From Octopus vulgaris (Eukaryota), in assembly GCA_951406725.2 (NCBI GenBank), contig OX597815.1:185814001-185878000 (forward strand): a stretch of DNA of 64,000 bases, written 5' to 3'. A model generated the notes under the pieces. The model did not search any database, was not told the DNA's origin, and saw nothing but the letters and a program-made list of their open reading frames with translations. Positions 50,957-63,918 of the stretch are shown one piece after another. The translations under genes and the position numbers were made by a program. Each line of letters opens with the position of its first letter. Positions within the stretch are counted from its first letter, which is position 1.

Positions 50957-51804
50957 ACAAGGTGTGATAGGTAAATTGTCGCCATTCGCAATTCTATATT
51001 TTTAATTCCGTTTGCTTTTGATTTTGTCGATTACACAGTATAGTAGGGTCAGTTGAGCACCCTCTGTGAGACAAAAAGCACCATGACGCAATTCAGTCTG
51101 CTAGAAATGTAGAAACAACATGCTGTACTACTTGATATTAGCGTCCGAAGGTCCAATACGAACATTTCGGAGTGTTTGGGTATCAATCTGAGGACATATA
51201 CAGAGAATAATAAAAATCAAACATCCAGTCAACATCATGGTGTTTGGAGTGATCAATATTAATGGTGATATTATGCCTCCATCCATCTTCCCTCATGGTC
51301 TCACACTCAACACGGAGGCCTTCATCAAGTGCTTGGAGGAGGTAGTGCTGCCCTGAGTGAAGAGGATGGCTGCTGGAAGACCCAATAGGACTCTGCACCA
51401 TGCCACAAGAGCAGGAGAACCCAGTCGTGGCTGTCAGACAATTTCTGTGACCACATCACCCCTAACATCTGGCCACCTAACTCCCCAAACTGCAACCCCC
51501 TTATGTGTGGGGCGCAGTTGAGCGAGAGACCAACAAAATTCCTTGTAAGACTAAAGATGAACTGAAGGCAAAAATTACGGCAGCATTCACCAACGTAAAC
51601 AAGGAGACCGTCCAGAAGAGTTGCAGGAGATTCCGAAGTCGTCTGGAGGCCGTGGTTGAAGTCAATGGCGGTTTTATTGAATAAATTTACTCATAAAAGT
51701 ATTTCAAGATATGTTTATGTAATTTTGGTAAATATATCTGCTAACATGAGGTTAGTGTTATTTTCATTTTTGCGTAATGTAGACGACAATATATTCACCA
51801 CACT
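50957..51804 (+). mobile_element. Degraded maT (DD37D) transposon
   Basis: KHPVNIMVFGVI..DSAPCHKSRRTQSWLSDNFCDHITPNIWPPNSPNCNPL gives 37 aa after D, up to the deleted third D; then VWGAVERE..CRRFRSRLEAVVEVNGGFIE*. Imperfect TIRs containing attgtcg / cgacaat. Confidence 0.85.
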
Positions 51805-52445
51805 ATACATAATAAGCAGGGAAAAATTAACTTTATCTCTGTAGATTGAAAAGAAAATGATTAAGAGATTTAATCAATGTTTTAATCTTGTTGGGTACCC
51901 ATAAGAGGTTTATCTACAACACTTGTCCAATCCCAGAGAAATAAGTAGTCAATTTGCTTATGTAAACAACGAGTCCAGTTGTTTTCAGAGATCAGGAGCA
52001 ACTAATTTGCGTACCATGAGCGTTAAACCCCCTATTTGATATCGGGTATATACATTTGCTCCGGTTTCTTTTCTACTCTCCAGAAAAGTTTCAAAGAATG
52101 ACATTTCTGTATATTTTCCTCTAAAAGAATAAAAAAAAAAACTATATCTTCATGTATTTCTTGGATGCCGAGTGACCACATTCTAGATAGTATGAAGATG
52201 TATGCTACGCACGTATGTAGCTTCATGTCATTTGATATGCTAGAAACGCGAGTCATATCTCTCAACAATTGCATATATTCACACACACACAGGTGTGTAT
52301 ACAATTATGTGCTTTGACTACAGCATTTGAACATTTTAGCTCTTATTTCTAGCAATGTAGGTGTTTCTAACATCCCAGTCACATTTAGTGGCGATTATAG
52401 GTTTCCTTTTTGGTAAAATATTGCAAACTGTCCTCATATGAATTT

Positions 52446-52575
<130 letters not shown>

Positions 52576-54964
52576 TGTAATGGGTGAGAAGATGCTGGTA
52601 TAAACATACAGCAGATGAACATCAGATTATTGTTCGGAAGATCTCAAACTCTTAAAATCTAATTTCTTAAAAGTTGGTAAAAATATTTCTGCAGAACAAG
52701 TGTTGATTAAAAGAACTGTGCAGCTGCAACGTGCAATAAGAAGATAAAAGATAGAGAAACCCACATAAACAGCATTTTTAATATCATTAACACAAAATGT
52801 TATACATATATAACCATAAATGTAACCGTCGAAGGAAAAACTTACATTACTAGAAACTTCTTTACGGCTGTTTCAGAAATGCGGCGACTGGTTGGTGTAA
52901 TGATGTGAATTGTGCGAACGAGGTTGGGTATTGATGCAGTAATATGCATCAAACAAGTAGGATTTATCATCAAGACATAAACATGAAAATCCCAGTGTAT
53001 TAAAGACAAATGATTTGAAGCGTTGAAATTTTTCTTCAGAAGAGTGACTAACAAGAATGCGATTCATCTTGTAGAAGAGAGGTATTTAAAAGCAGAACAT
53101 GGAGACAGTAATAAAAAGACGGAAGACAGAAGGTTAGAAATGATGAGGTCGAAATAATGGTAGTGAGAGAGGTTGTAAGATCTAGAGCGATAGGATCTAA
53201 GAAAAATGAAAGAGAGGAGGGAAAGTAGAAGGGGAATAAGTATAGGAATAGAAAGAAAGGATGTGGTAAGAGATATAAAAGAAACAAGAACAGAGAAAAG
53301 ATGAGATGGCTATAAGCAGTTAGACAATATCAAACTAACCGAGACGTGTCATAAATCAAAGCTTTGAGAGGAAGGCATAGTAAAGGCAGGGTGAGAAATT
53401 AGACTTTAGAATATTCCTTTTTACTAAAAGCAGAAGGCCCGACATTTTGGGGGAAGGGGCCAATCGATTACATCGACCCCAGTACTTAACTGATACTTAT
53501 TTTATTGTCCTTGAAAGGATAAAAGGCCAAGTCGACCTCGGCTGAATTTGAACTCAGAACGTAAAGCCACACGAAATGCCGCTAAGCATTTTGCCCGGCA
53601 TGTTAACGATTCTGCCATGTTGTCGCTTTTAGACTTTAGAATATCAGTGAAAAATTTAATCGGAGATTTAATTATAAATAAATTGAACGTGTAAACTATA
53701 AAACCTCACACATTATTTTCATTGTTTTTATTCCCTAACTATAGGCGTTCTTATATAACAGCTTTGTCACACCTTTATTTCAAAACAAGAGTTCAGGCGT
53801 GGTGCCAGGAATTTTTCGAAGCGGCGGCATAAGGTCAGAAAGGAATACAATTCCAGGAGAAAAGGGCATAATAATATTATTTACAAGGACAAGGTGGCGA
53901 GCTGGCAGAAACGTTAGCACGCCGGGCGAAATGTTTAGCAGTATTTCGTCTGCCGTTACGTTCTGAGTTCAAATTCCGCCGAAGTCGACTTTGCCTTTCA
54001 TCCTTTCGGGGTCGATAAATTAAGAACCAGTTACGCACTGGGGTCGATGTAATCGACTTAATCCCTTTGTCTGTCCTTGTTTGCCCCCTCTGTGTTAGCC
54101 CTTGTGGGAAGTAAAGAAATAGGTATTTCATCCGCCGCTACGTTCTGAGTTCAAATTCCGCCGAAGTCGCCTTTGCCTTTCATCCTTTCGGTGTCGATAA
54201 ATTAAGTACCAGTTACGCACTGGGGTCGATATAATCGACTTAATCCGTTTGTCTGTCCTTGTTTGTCCTCTCTGTGTTTAGCCCCTTGAGGGTAGTAAAG
54301 AAATAAGTATTATTTAGAAGGGCGCACCTCTTTTCTTGAGAGAGGGGAACGCTGCCTCACAGCCCCCTCCCCACTCTTGGGTCCGCCCTTGGAGTTCCAG
54401 GAGGCTGATAACGTATTCATCTATGTTGTATGGATGTAAGTAAAAGTAGACGTTTGTATTCTCGTTTCTGCGCTGGAGACTGAGACAACTCTGAATACAG
54501 TTTTTGGAAAATCGTTCTAGTTTCTAATTACTCTGAACTGGCGATTTTTAAAATCCAGTTCGTGGGTTTTGGCATCTGACTTGGAAAGAATGTCCCCATG
54601 CGGATGGGGATAACTGAATCCCCAGTTTTGCATAACCGACCTCTGACCTGCGATGCTACCAACTAGCAAAGCTACAGTACGGTTGTTGCAACGATCTGTC
54701 TCCTCTGACGCAGACTGTTCATGACAAGTATTTTCGCGCAGCTTTAGCTTCTTCTTCGTCTGCGCTGATTTTGGGGAGCTTTATAAAATATTCATTCCGA
54801 ATGGATAACATATTCTATAATGCATCGAAGTTTTATACACTGATTTTTCTTATATCTACATTCGGCTTTTCTGGTAATCTGTGCCACTGCGTATATTCGT
54901 TGAAGATAATGTAAATATATTCAACCGTTAGTCGAATGCCTTTCGTGGAAAGCAGAATTTCTAT

Positions 54965-55194
54965 CACCACCACCATTACTACTACTACTACTACTACTAC
55001 CACCACTACCACTACTACCACCACCACCACCACCACCACCACTACTACTACCACCACCACTACCACTACTACTACCTACTACTACCACCACTACTACCAC
55101 TACCACTACTACTACTACTACTACCACCACCACCACCACCACCACCACCACCACCACCACCACTACTACCACCACTACCACTACCACCACCACC

Positions 55195-55246
<52 letters not shown>

Positions 55247-55248
55247 TT
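54965..55248. repeat. Compound (ACC)n/(ACT)n trinucleotide repeat
   Basis: Direct inspection. Confidence 0.97.
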
Positions 55249-55584
55249 GTTGCTATGTAAACAGGCTACATTTTCAAGGAGCAATTCGATGTTTGTTGTA
55301 CTCCTTTTTTCTCTTGGTCGAAGCGTCGTGTTTGCACGTACAACACATTGTATTCTGCTCGTATTTTTATCGTGTCAAAGTTTATGTTCGAGATTTGTTT
55401 GTTCTACCTTATTGCTATAAATAGTTTAAGCGATCAGCTAAAAGGATCACCTTGTTTTCATATTCAAACAAAAACCACTATCTATGAAAACATTCGACCG
55501 AATGGGAAAAAGTGTTGGAACTTTTCAGAGGGATTCGCTAATGAGTAAAGAGCAACATGCCCGAGAGCTGACCCAAAGAATACC

Positions 55585-56169
55585 TATTTCTTTACTACCC
55601 ACATGGGTCTAAACACAGAGGGGACAAACAAGGACAGACAAACGGATTAAGTCGATTACATCGACCCCAGTGCGTAACTGGTACTTAATTTAAGGCTAAG
55701 TCGACCTCGGCGGAATTTGAACTCAGAACGTAACGGCAGACGAAATACCTATTTCTTTACTACCCACAAGGGGCTAAACACAGAGGGAACAAACAAGGGC
55801 AGACAAACGGATTAAGTCGATTATATCGACCCCAGTGCGTAACTGGTACTTAATTTATCGACCCCGAAAGGACGAAAGGCAAAGTCGACCTCAGCTGAAT
55901 TTGAACTCAGAACGTAACAGCAGACGAAATACCTATTTCTTTACTACCCACATGGGTCTAAACACAGAGGGGACAAACAAGGACAGACAAACGGATTAAG
56001 TCGATTACATCGACCCCAGTGCGTAACTGGTACTTAATTTATCGACCCCCGAAAGGATGAAAGGCAAAGTCGACCTCGGCGGAATTTGAACTCAGAACGT
56101 AGCGATAGACGAAATACGGCTAAGCATTTCGCTCGGCGTGCTAACGTTTCTGCCAGCTCACCGCCTTAT
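55585..56169 (-). mobile_element. Trimeric family A SINE within one TSD
   Basis: One tRNA-like head plus three ~170-180-bp units; 19-bp TSD agctgacccaaagaatacc at 55566-55584 and 56170-56188. Confidence 0.9.
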
Positions 56170-56921
56170 AGCTGACCCAAAGAATACCCATGACTGACCT
56201 ACGTTGAAAGTAGCTTTTCAGCCATATAAGCAGTTTACTTCGAATGCAATGGAACCTGGATATTTACGTCGAGCACAAACAGCTGGTTTTAAATACATAC
56301 TTTTTATATGGCCAAATAATCGGCCCCCCCGCCTGGGAGAAGATGTTGGTGAGGAGTTTAACTGTACTGTGGTTTGGCCGAAAGCCAAATTTATCTGCCT
56401 GAAACAAAAGGCATTCGGAAAGTAAACTTGCAGCTCTTATGGTGTGCTGATAATGTTAAATAAAAATATTGATTAGTATATTGTATTGATCGGTTGTGGA
56501 ATCACTCTAATGTTCAGTTTGAAAACGTATAAGAATGGTAAGCTGGGAAGAAGTGCACGAGGGTTAGGCTTATCTTTCATTCAATTCGTTCTTCGGCTTT
56601 CAAATGTATATATATATATATTAACGGATTACATAATTCCATATTTCCTTCCTATTACGCAGTAAAAACCGGGGAGAGAAATTGGTTTTACGTCAGTTGT
56701 TTTTTTCCGCAAATGAAATTATTATGATTCGCCTAAATAAAATAAAAACGAATAGAATAAAAAAAAAAAAACAAGTCATTCACACCTGCAAATATATAAT
56801 GCCATTAATAATGCCAAAATGTGAATTTCTATTTTACCCTCGGCAGCGATTAGAAATCTTGGTTTTAGCAATATAGCGAAGCAAGAAAGGAAGGGTCAAG
56901 TTCAAAGTTAGACTGCAATAG

Positions 56922-57200
56922 TCTTCTTCTTCTTCTTCTTCTTCTTCTTCTTCTTCTTCTTCTTCCACTCCTTACTCTTCCCCTTCCCCCTTCTCCTCTT
57001 CTTCTTCTTCTTTTTCCTCCTCTTCTTCTTCTTTTTCCTCCTCTTCTTCTTCTTCTTCTTCTTCTTCTTCTTCTTCCTTTTCTTCTCCTTCTTCGTCTTC
57101 CTCTTCTTACTTCTTCTTTTTCCTCTTCTTCTTCTTCTTCTTCTTCTTCTTCTTCTTCTTCCTGTTCTTCTTCTTCTTCTTCTTCTTCGTCGTCGTCGTC
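56922..57200. repeat. (CTT)n-rich polypyrimidine tract
   Basis: Direct inspection. Confidence 0.97.
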
Positions 57201-57759
57201 ATCAGCGTTATTGTTTTGTCCCACGCCAGACTTTGATTGAGAAGACCACACACACACACCGAGCGAGACAAACACATAAGCAAAAATTATACATCAATCT
57301 TATCGAAGAGATGACTATATTAATTCGCCTTTGAACACTACATTAGTTTACCTTTGTATTAATCAACTAGAGACCTAGCAAATAAATACAAACGATCATT
57401 TTTTAATTGATAACATACAAAAGAAGACCAGGAGCAAATGAAAGCAGACAGGCCGACACACACATAGACTCACGTACAATTATACATCGTAGAGAGACTT
57501 AAGCAAATACTGATGCTGCCCCTCTGTCACACACTCATAAAAAAATGTGCACAAACTTTTGTATTAATCGGTTTGAGATCCAGCAGAGTTACAAACGATA
57601 TTGTTTTTTTAATTGTTAATACAATGCAGGAAAAGAAAAACAGATTACTGCAGATAGACAGACAGACATACACGCATACACTTGTAGAGAAGCTAATTCA
57701 TATAAAGGGAAGCGAAAGCATGGACACACGTATTCTCATGGATACTGATATGTATGGAT

Positions 57760-57978
57760 CAGTGGTTTTCAACCAGGGTTCCTCGAAACCTTAGGGTTCC
57801 GCCAGTACAGTCCAGGGGTTACGCAAGAAGTTACAAAACTGCTAAAATCGGCAGTAATTTTTAATTCTCCTGTGCAGATATGTGTGCATAAGACTATTAA
57901 ATTATTGTACAGGGGTTCCTCGAGCCAGTGGAATGTTTCCTTGGGGTTCCGATCCAGCAAAATGTTTGAAAAGCACTG
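57760..57978. mobile_element. hAT-type MITE
   Basis: TIRs cagtggttttcaa / ttgaaaagcactg; perfect 8-bp TSD gtatggat at 57752-57759 and 57979-57986. Confidence 0.92.
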
Positions 57979-58894
57979 GTATGGATAGAAGGCGGTGAGC
58001 CGGCAGAATCGTTAGCATGCCGGGCGAAATGCTTTGCAGTATTTCGTCCGCCGCTGCGTTCTAAGTTCAAATTCCGCCGACGTCGACTTTGCCTTTCATC
58101 CTTTCGGGGGTCGATAAATTTAAGTACCAGTTACGCACTGGTGTCGATGTAATCGACTTAAGACCTATGTCTGTCCTTGTTTGTCCCCTCTGTGGGTAAT
58201 AAAGCCCCTTATGGGTAATAAAGAAATAGATATGTATGGATAGACACTCATACACGCATACACTTGTAGAGAAACTAGGTCATATAGAGAGAAACGAATG
58301 CATGGACACACGTATCTCATAGATACTGATATTAATGGATACACAGACATTGATATACACAAGCATGCACTCGCCGTGTAATACGCTTTAGATACTAGAA
58401 TATCAGTCGAATATCACACATATGTACGCACATATACATACATGTGTGTGTGTGTTTAGTGTCAGCCATATCAGCTCTTTATACTGTGGATTATAATTTC
58501 ACTCCGAATGTCAACTTTCGACCAGCGAATTTTCGACTCGATCATCTTTTGATATTTAAAATTTCTACAAGAAAATAAATAGAAATGGTTCTGCTCTAGA
58601 GCTCTTTTTCATCTGGAATCAACGTTTTCTAGAGTTGCCTTTAATTTCGAGTTGTCTTTCATAGTCAGCGAAAAGGCAAAATCGACTTTGATCTATACTC
58701 GAATTTCTCCAGAGACTCCAATCTCGACTTACTCCACAAATCTTAAAACATTGACTTTGTGACTATTTAACTGATGTCCAATCTCGGTGCACTGTATTTT
58801 AACTGAATCAGAAAAGTGTAATAAAATTTATTGGTTATGGTCACATTTATATCTTAACATGTAGTTGACCATATCTAATTGTATTTTACTTGTA

Positions 58895-59210
58895 TGAAGT
58901 GGTTAGAGCGTCGGGCTAACAATCATGAGGTAGTGAGTTCAATTCTTGGACTAGGTAGTGTGTTGTGTTCTTGAGCAAAGCACTTTGTTTCACTCAGCTG
59001 TAGAAATGAGTTGCGTCGTCACTGGCGCCAAGCTGTATCGGCTTTTGCCTTTTCCTTTGGATAACATCGGTGGCGTGGAGAGGGGAAACTGGTATGGATG
59101 GCTGATTGCTTGTCTTCCATAAACAACCTTGCCTGGACTCTTGTCTTGGAGGGGAATTTTCTAGGTGCATGGCCACAATCAAAGGACTGAAACAAGTAAA
59201 AGAGTAAAAG
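58895..59210 (+). mobile_element. tRNA-derived CORE-like SINE (a further family)
   Basis: agtggttagagcgtcggg..gtgagttcaattc head, followed by CORE-like ttgtgttcttgagcaaagcactt. Confidence 0.65.
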
Positions 59211-59639
59211 AATGTCAGAGGCGCAAAATTCCGCAGCCTATGCAATAAAATGGATTGTACTAGAAAGGACCTCGTGCAGTACAAATATTCTCTCTTTCCC
59301 TTTCTCCTTCGCTCTCCTTCTCTCACTTAGTCGCTCTTTCCTTCTTATCTGTCTCTCTCTAGATAAAAAAAAATCTAATGTGCATGCGCGCAAGTGTATG
59401 CAGATAAACACATGTATATTCCCTCTAAGCTTTGTCTGTCCCCAGATGAATTCTAAAGGAGAGGCTGCACACCTGATCTTGTAAGAGCTATAATCTCAAA
59501 GCATATCTTCAGTGTACTCTATATATTGTGTATTTTCTCTTAATCTGGAATTACTCCGTTTTTTTTTTTTAAATGGAAATTTTAAATTGTTACGCAGACG
59601 TACACATGAACATATATAAACACACACACACACACACTC

Positions 59640-59680
<41 letters not shown>

Positions 59681-60150
59681 CACACTCATATATATATAAA
59701 TATATATATATATTCTTTTATTCGTCTCAGTCATTTGATTGTGGCCATGCTGGAGCACCGCCTTTAGTTGAGCTAATCGACCCACGACTTATTCTTTGTA
59801 AGCCGTATTCTATCGGTTTCTTTTCCCGTAAACACACCAGCATCGCGGAGTGGGGATAAACATACACACACACATATATATACACGACGGGTTTCTTTCA
59901 GTTTCCGTCTACCAAATCCACTCAGAAGGCTTTGGTCGGCCCGAGGCTATAGTAGAAGACACTTGCTCAAGGTTCCACACAGTAAAACTGAACCCAGAAG
60001 CGCACAACCACTCCTGCGCGTATATATATATTTTATTCTTTATGTGTACTGTATTTTTATTTGTATTGCTTTTACGTCCTGTCCTTGTCACTTTTTTCTT
60101 TTTTTACCCCTCTGCAAAAGAATTTTATTTAATTCATTTTGCAGAAAGGA

Positions 60151-60227
60151 CTGCTTCGGCCGGATCGTGTTTTACCCTTACCTTCGAAACACGCATTGAG
60201 TCGAACCAGAGGCAGCTTATGAAGGGG
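60151..60227 (+). ncRNA. Candidate non-circularly permuted hammerhead (copy B, core mutated to CTTATGA)
   Basis: CTGCTTCGGC-cggat-CGTG-TT^-TTACCC-tta-CCTTC-GAAA-CACG-cattga-GTCGAACCAG-AGGCAG-CTTATGA-A-GGGG. Confidence 0.6.
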
Positions 60228-60484
60228 AATATTCCTTGTATTGTTTGTCTTGTACTCTGTCTTTTAGTTGTTAAAAAAAGTTCGTTTCCTTGTTTGTTTT
60301 TTATGTTTTCGTTTCTCGTTGTGTTCTACGTTTATTTGTGGTGTCCTGTACTCATATATATATATATATATATATATATGCATGTATATATACATATAGA
60401 TGTAGGTACGTACATATATGTATGTATGTATGCATATATTTTGTTTATTAAATTGTTATATATATATATATATATATATATATA

Positions 60485-60880
60485 CTAGCAGTATCGCCCG
60501 GCGTTGCTCGGGTTGTAAGGGAAATAACTATATAAGGATTTTTAGAGAGTTATAGCCAAAAAATAGCAAAAAAATGCATTAAAAATTGAAAAAAAATTAA
60601 GGTAAATTTTTTTTTTAAGTCGTTGACACATCGTAGATATTTTTAGGGAGTTACTTCCCTTATATAAAAGCGAAAAAAATGCATTAAAATGGAAAAATAT
60701 GATGGTAAATTTTTTTTAAATCGTAGACTCATCGTAGACGCACGCTAATACCCAGAAGGGCTCGATATGAATCACGACTATAAGATACCCGCTTTTGGTT
60801 AAACTGCACCGCAAAATGTGGGAGTAGTTACGAATCTAAATCGAAGGAGACAGACACACAACTTCACTCTTATATAAAGA
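60485..60880 (-). mobile_element. Non-autonomous Helitron (second subfamily, same 3' end)
   Basis: Same ctagcagtatcgcccggcgttgctcggg terminus, different interior, TC start on the minus strand. Confidence 0.8.
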
Positions 60881-61769
60881 TGCTTTTTTTTTTCAGTCAT
60901 AGAGTTAGATTTATGAAGGTCTTCAGTAGAAAATCCTTCGAATTCTGACTCGCTGCTTGATATAATGAAATTCGTATCCATTTTTTGTCAGAATTACAAA
61001 TTTTGAAAACACAATAGGAACAAATTTCGGAAAAAAATCTCCCATAATTCACGGAATTAAAATTACACTTCGATTTTTGTACAAAACTGTATTTGAAGTG
61101 TTTACGAAGTATAATACGTGTTTTCACGAATGTACTAAAGAGATTTACTCTGATATTCTCATTTAAATATGAATAGGTAAATTCGGGCGGTTTGGTAACG
61201 AAAGGGTTTATATAAGTGTCGTCTGTTTATACATAAACACTGTTTCATACTTTCAGTTTAGTCTTCCTCAAATCACTCTGTCGCTAATTTACTCTCTTCC
61301 AAGAACATTTTCACTCACTCTTATCTGTTAGCTTCCCATACATTTTACTCATGTATCTATCAGCGTGATAGACAGAGACAAATATTACATCTAGTTTCAC
61401 TTTATTCGTTGCACACTGTGTGTGTGCGTTTGCGTGTGCTGTAAACCAGACTAAGAAAAGCATTTGACATACACACCAGAATGTGAGTTTTCTGTAAATT
61501 TTGCTTAATTGGAGTTTAAATTTTAAAAACTGGACCTGGCATGACCCGATGCATTCTACTCTTAAAAATGCTAGGTAAATTGTAATTGAAGAAATCCTAT
61601 ATTGTAGATTTCTATAACTTACAAAGGGAGGCAGATAAAATCTGCCTTTTATAATAAGAGATATATATAAACTTATATAATCAATAATAATAAAGGGTAA
61701 AATTAATTAATTAACTAGTAATTTATAATTCCACCAAGTAGTATTCGGCATGTTAAAAGGACCATTTAT

Positions 61770-62118
61770 CGGTAAACTTAATATTTTTATAATTATTAGT
61801 ATAATTATAGTTAGGGTTTAGCAAAATTTTCGGTATGTGGTAAAGCAAATCTTTGCTGAACCCTAACTATAATTATACTCATAATTATAAAAATATAAAC
61901 TTACTGTTATCAAAAGTCGAGATGCGTAGCTTTCAGTTACTCTATAAATGAAACATGCATTAAATACTACAAAACATACTGAGTATTAATGTTTTGGGTC
62001 GATAACTGATGAAGAATTAGGGTCCTTTTGTGTCTGTCCTACGTGTACGTTTTGCCGTATTTAATGCATTTTTCATTTATTGAGTAGCTGAACGTCACAC
62101 ATCACAACGTTTGATAAG
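61770..62118. repeat. Two adjacent AT-rich inverted repeats
   Basis: ~61770-61905 (tataattatagttagggtttagcaaa / tttgctgaaccctaactataattata) and ~61907-62118 (aatgaaacatgcattaaatac / gtatttaatgcatttttcatt). Confidence 0.75.
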
Positions 62119-62197
<79 letters not shown>

Positions 62198-62272
62198 GGA
62201 GTAAGCACATAAATGTGAAACAAGGTGGAAAAAAAGAGTACTCAAATACCAGAGGTAGAGTAATATGCTTTA

Positions 62273-62430
62273 TTTAAAAGCAACAGAAATATAACAAAAG
62301 CTGTAACTCAGAGTTTCACGATCCCGTTCGTCGGACACTTTTGTTAAAAAAATTTTTAACAAAACTGTCCGACGAACGGGATCGTGAAACTCTGATTTAC
62401 AGCTTTTGTTATATTTCTGCTACTTTTAAA
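62273..62430. repeat. 158-bp palindrome made of two back-to-back minimal hammerhead motifs
   Basis: Arm consensus: CTGT-CCGACGA-ACG-GGAT-CGT-GAAA-CTC-T-GAG-TT^-ACAG. Confidence 0.75.
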
Positions 62431-62623
62431 TTATATACGATTATATTATATATGATTTAAAAATAGGATAAAATCTTTATAAGAATTTATCAAGTAGTTA
62501 GCGTGAAAAACCTCATAAGGGAAAAAAATCCATCAATTTTTTTCTTTAAAGTATTCATTTTTATTTTATAGAGGGGAATTTTTACACATAAATGCCCTCT
62601 ATAACATAAAAATGAATATGTAA

Positions 62624-62695
<72 letters not shown>

Positions 62696-63176
62696 TGTAT
62701 GTATGTATGTATGTATGTATATACGTATTTTCTTTTCTAGTTTCAATCCGATGATAGCAGCCACGCTGGGGCACCATGATAAGTGCTAATGCACGAAACA
62801 CTCGACCATTGAGTCAGTTTGTTGCTTCTGTTAAATGTGTGTGTGTGTGTCCCAAGGCACACAGTTCAGTGGCTAGGGCATTCGGCTCACAGTCGTAAGG
62901 TCATGAGTACAAATATCTGGCCACGCGTTATGTCCTTGAGCAAGACCCTTTATTTCACGTTGCTCCAGTCCACTAAGCTGGCAAAAATGAGTATTAGCTG
63001 TATTTCAAAAAGCCGGCCTTGTCACATTCTGTGTCACGCTGAATCTCCCGGAGAACTATGTTACGGGTACACGTGTCTGTGGATTGCTCAGTCACGTGCA
63101 CGTTAATTTCACGAGCAGGCTATTCCGTTGATCGTATCAGCTGGGACCCTCGTCGTCGTAACCGACGGAGCGCTCC

Positions 63177-63226
<50 letters not shown>

Positions 63227-63257
63227 TCATGTTTCGATTTCTATTTTCCCTGTTTGA

Positions 63258-63509
63258 GTGGAGGGAAGATTTCCGCGGTGTTATAAATGTGGCCTGAAGG
63301 GCTACATTAGAGTCGAGCGCCCTCCATCACTGGAAAAGGCCGAGGAGAGTGAAAAAAAAACGGTAGGTGTTCCACAGTCCGTGGAGGGAAAAGACGTGAC
63401 ATTACAGAGGGTGAGAAGCACCAGCATTGAGGAAGAAGAGCTGGGAGATAGAAGAGAAGAAGAAAAGAAAAAGAAGAGGACACATGTGGTAAAGAATGAC
63501 CTCTTTTAA
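63258..63509 (+). pseudogene. gag/ORF1-like remnant with a degenerate zinc knuckle
   Basis: EGRFPRCYKCGLKGYIRVERP is a decayed CX2CX4HX4C; flanking sequence 63222-63256 recurs at 63944-63977. Confidence 0.5.
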
Positions 63510-63517
63510 TATATATA

Positions 63518-63918
63518 CTCTCTTCTTTCTTTTAGGAGCACTCCGTCGGTTGCGGCGATGAGGGTCCCAGCTGATACGATCAACGGAACAGCTTGCTCGT
63601 GATATTAACGTGCAAGTGGCTGAGCACTCCACAGACACGCGTACCCTTAACGTAGTTCTCGGGGAGACTCAGCGTGACACAGAGTGTGACAAGGCTGGCC
63701 CTTTGAAATACAGGTACAAGAAAAACAGGAAGAAAGAGCGAGAGAAAGTTGTGGTGAAAAAGTACAGCAGAGTGCACCACCATCCCCTGCCGGATGCCTC
63801 GAGGAGCTTTTAGGTGTTTTCGCTCAATAAACACTCACAACGCCCGGTCTGGGAATCGAAACCGCGATCCTCCGACCGCGAGTCCGCTGCCCTAACCACT
63901 GGGCCATTGCGCCTCCAC
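63518..63918 (-). mobile_element. Full-length family C tRNA-SINE
   Basis: 20-bp TSD gacctcttttaatatatata at 63498-63517 and 63919-63938; CpG-intact head. Confidence 0.92.

Noticed and set aside
54833-55424. Poly-V/T/H/G ORFs
   Set aside because: Trinucleotide repeat; no splice or domain support.
55585-56169. Regularly spaced repeats resembling a CRISPR array
   Set aside because: Whole ~175-bp units are repeated with no unique spacers; eukaryotic context, no cas genes.
56865-57275. Acidic/basic poly-E/R ORF
   Set aside because: Translation of the (CTT)n tract.
62000-62030. gataactgatgaag as a third permuted hammerhead
   Set aside because: Matching Y and Z strands could not be located.
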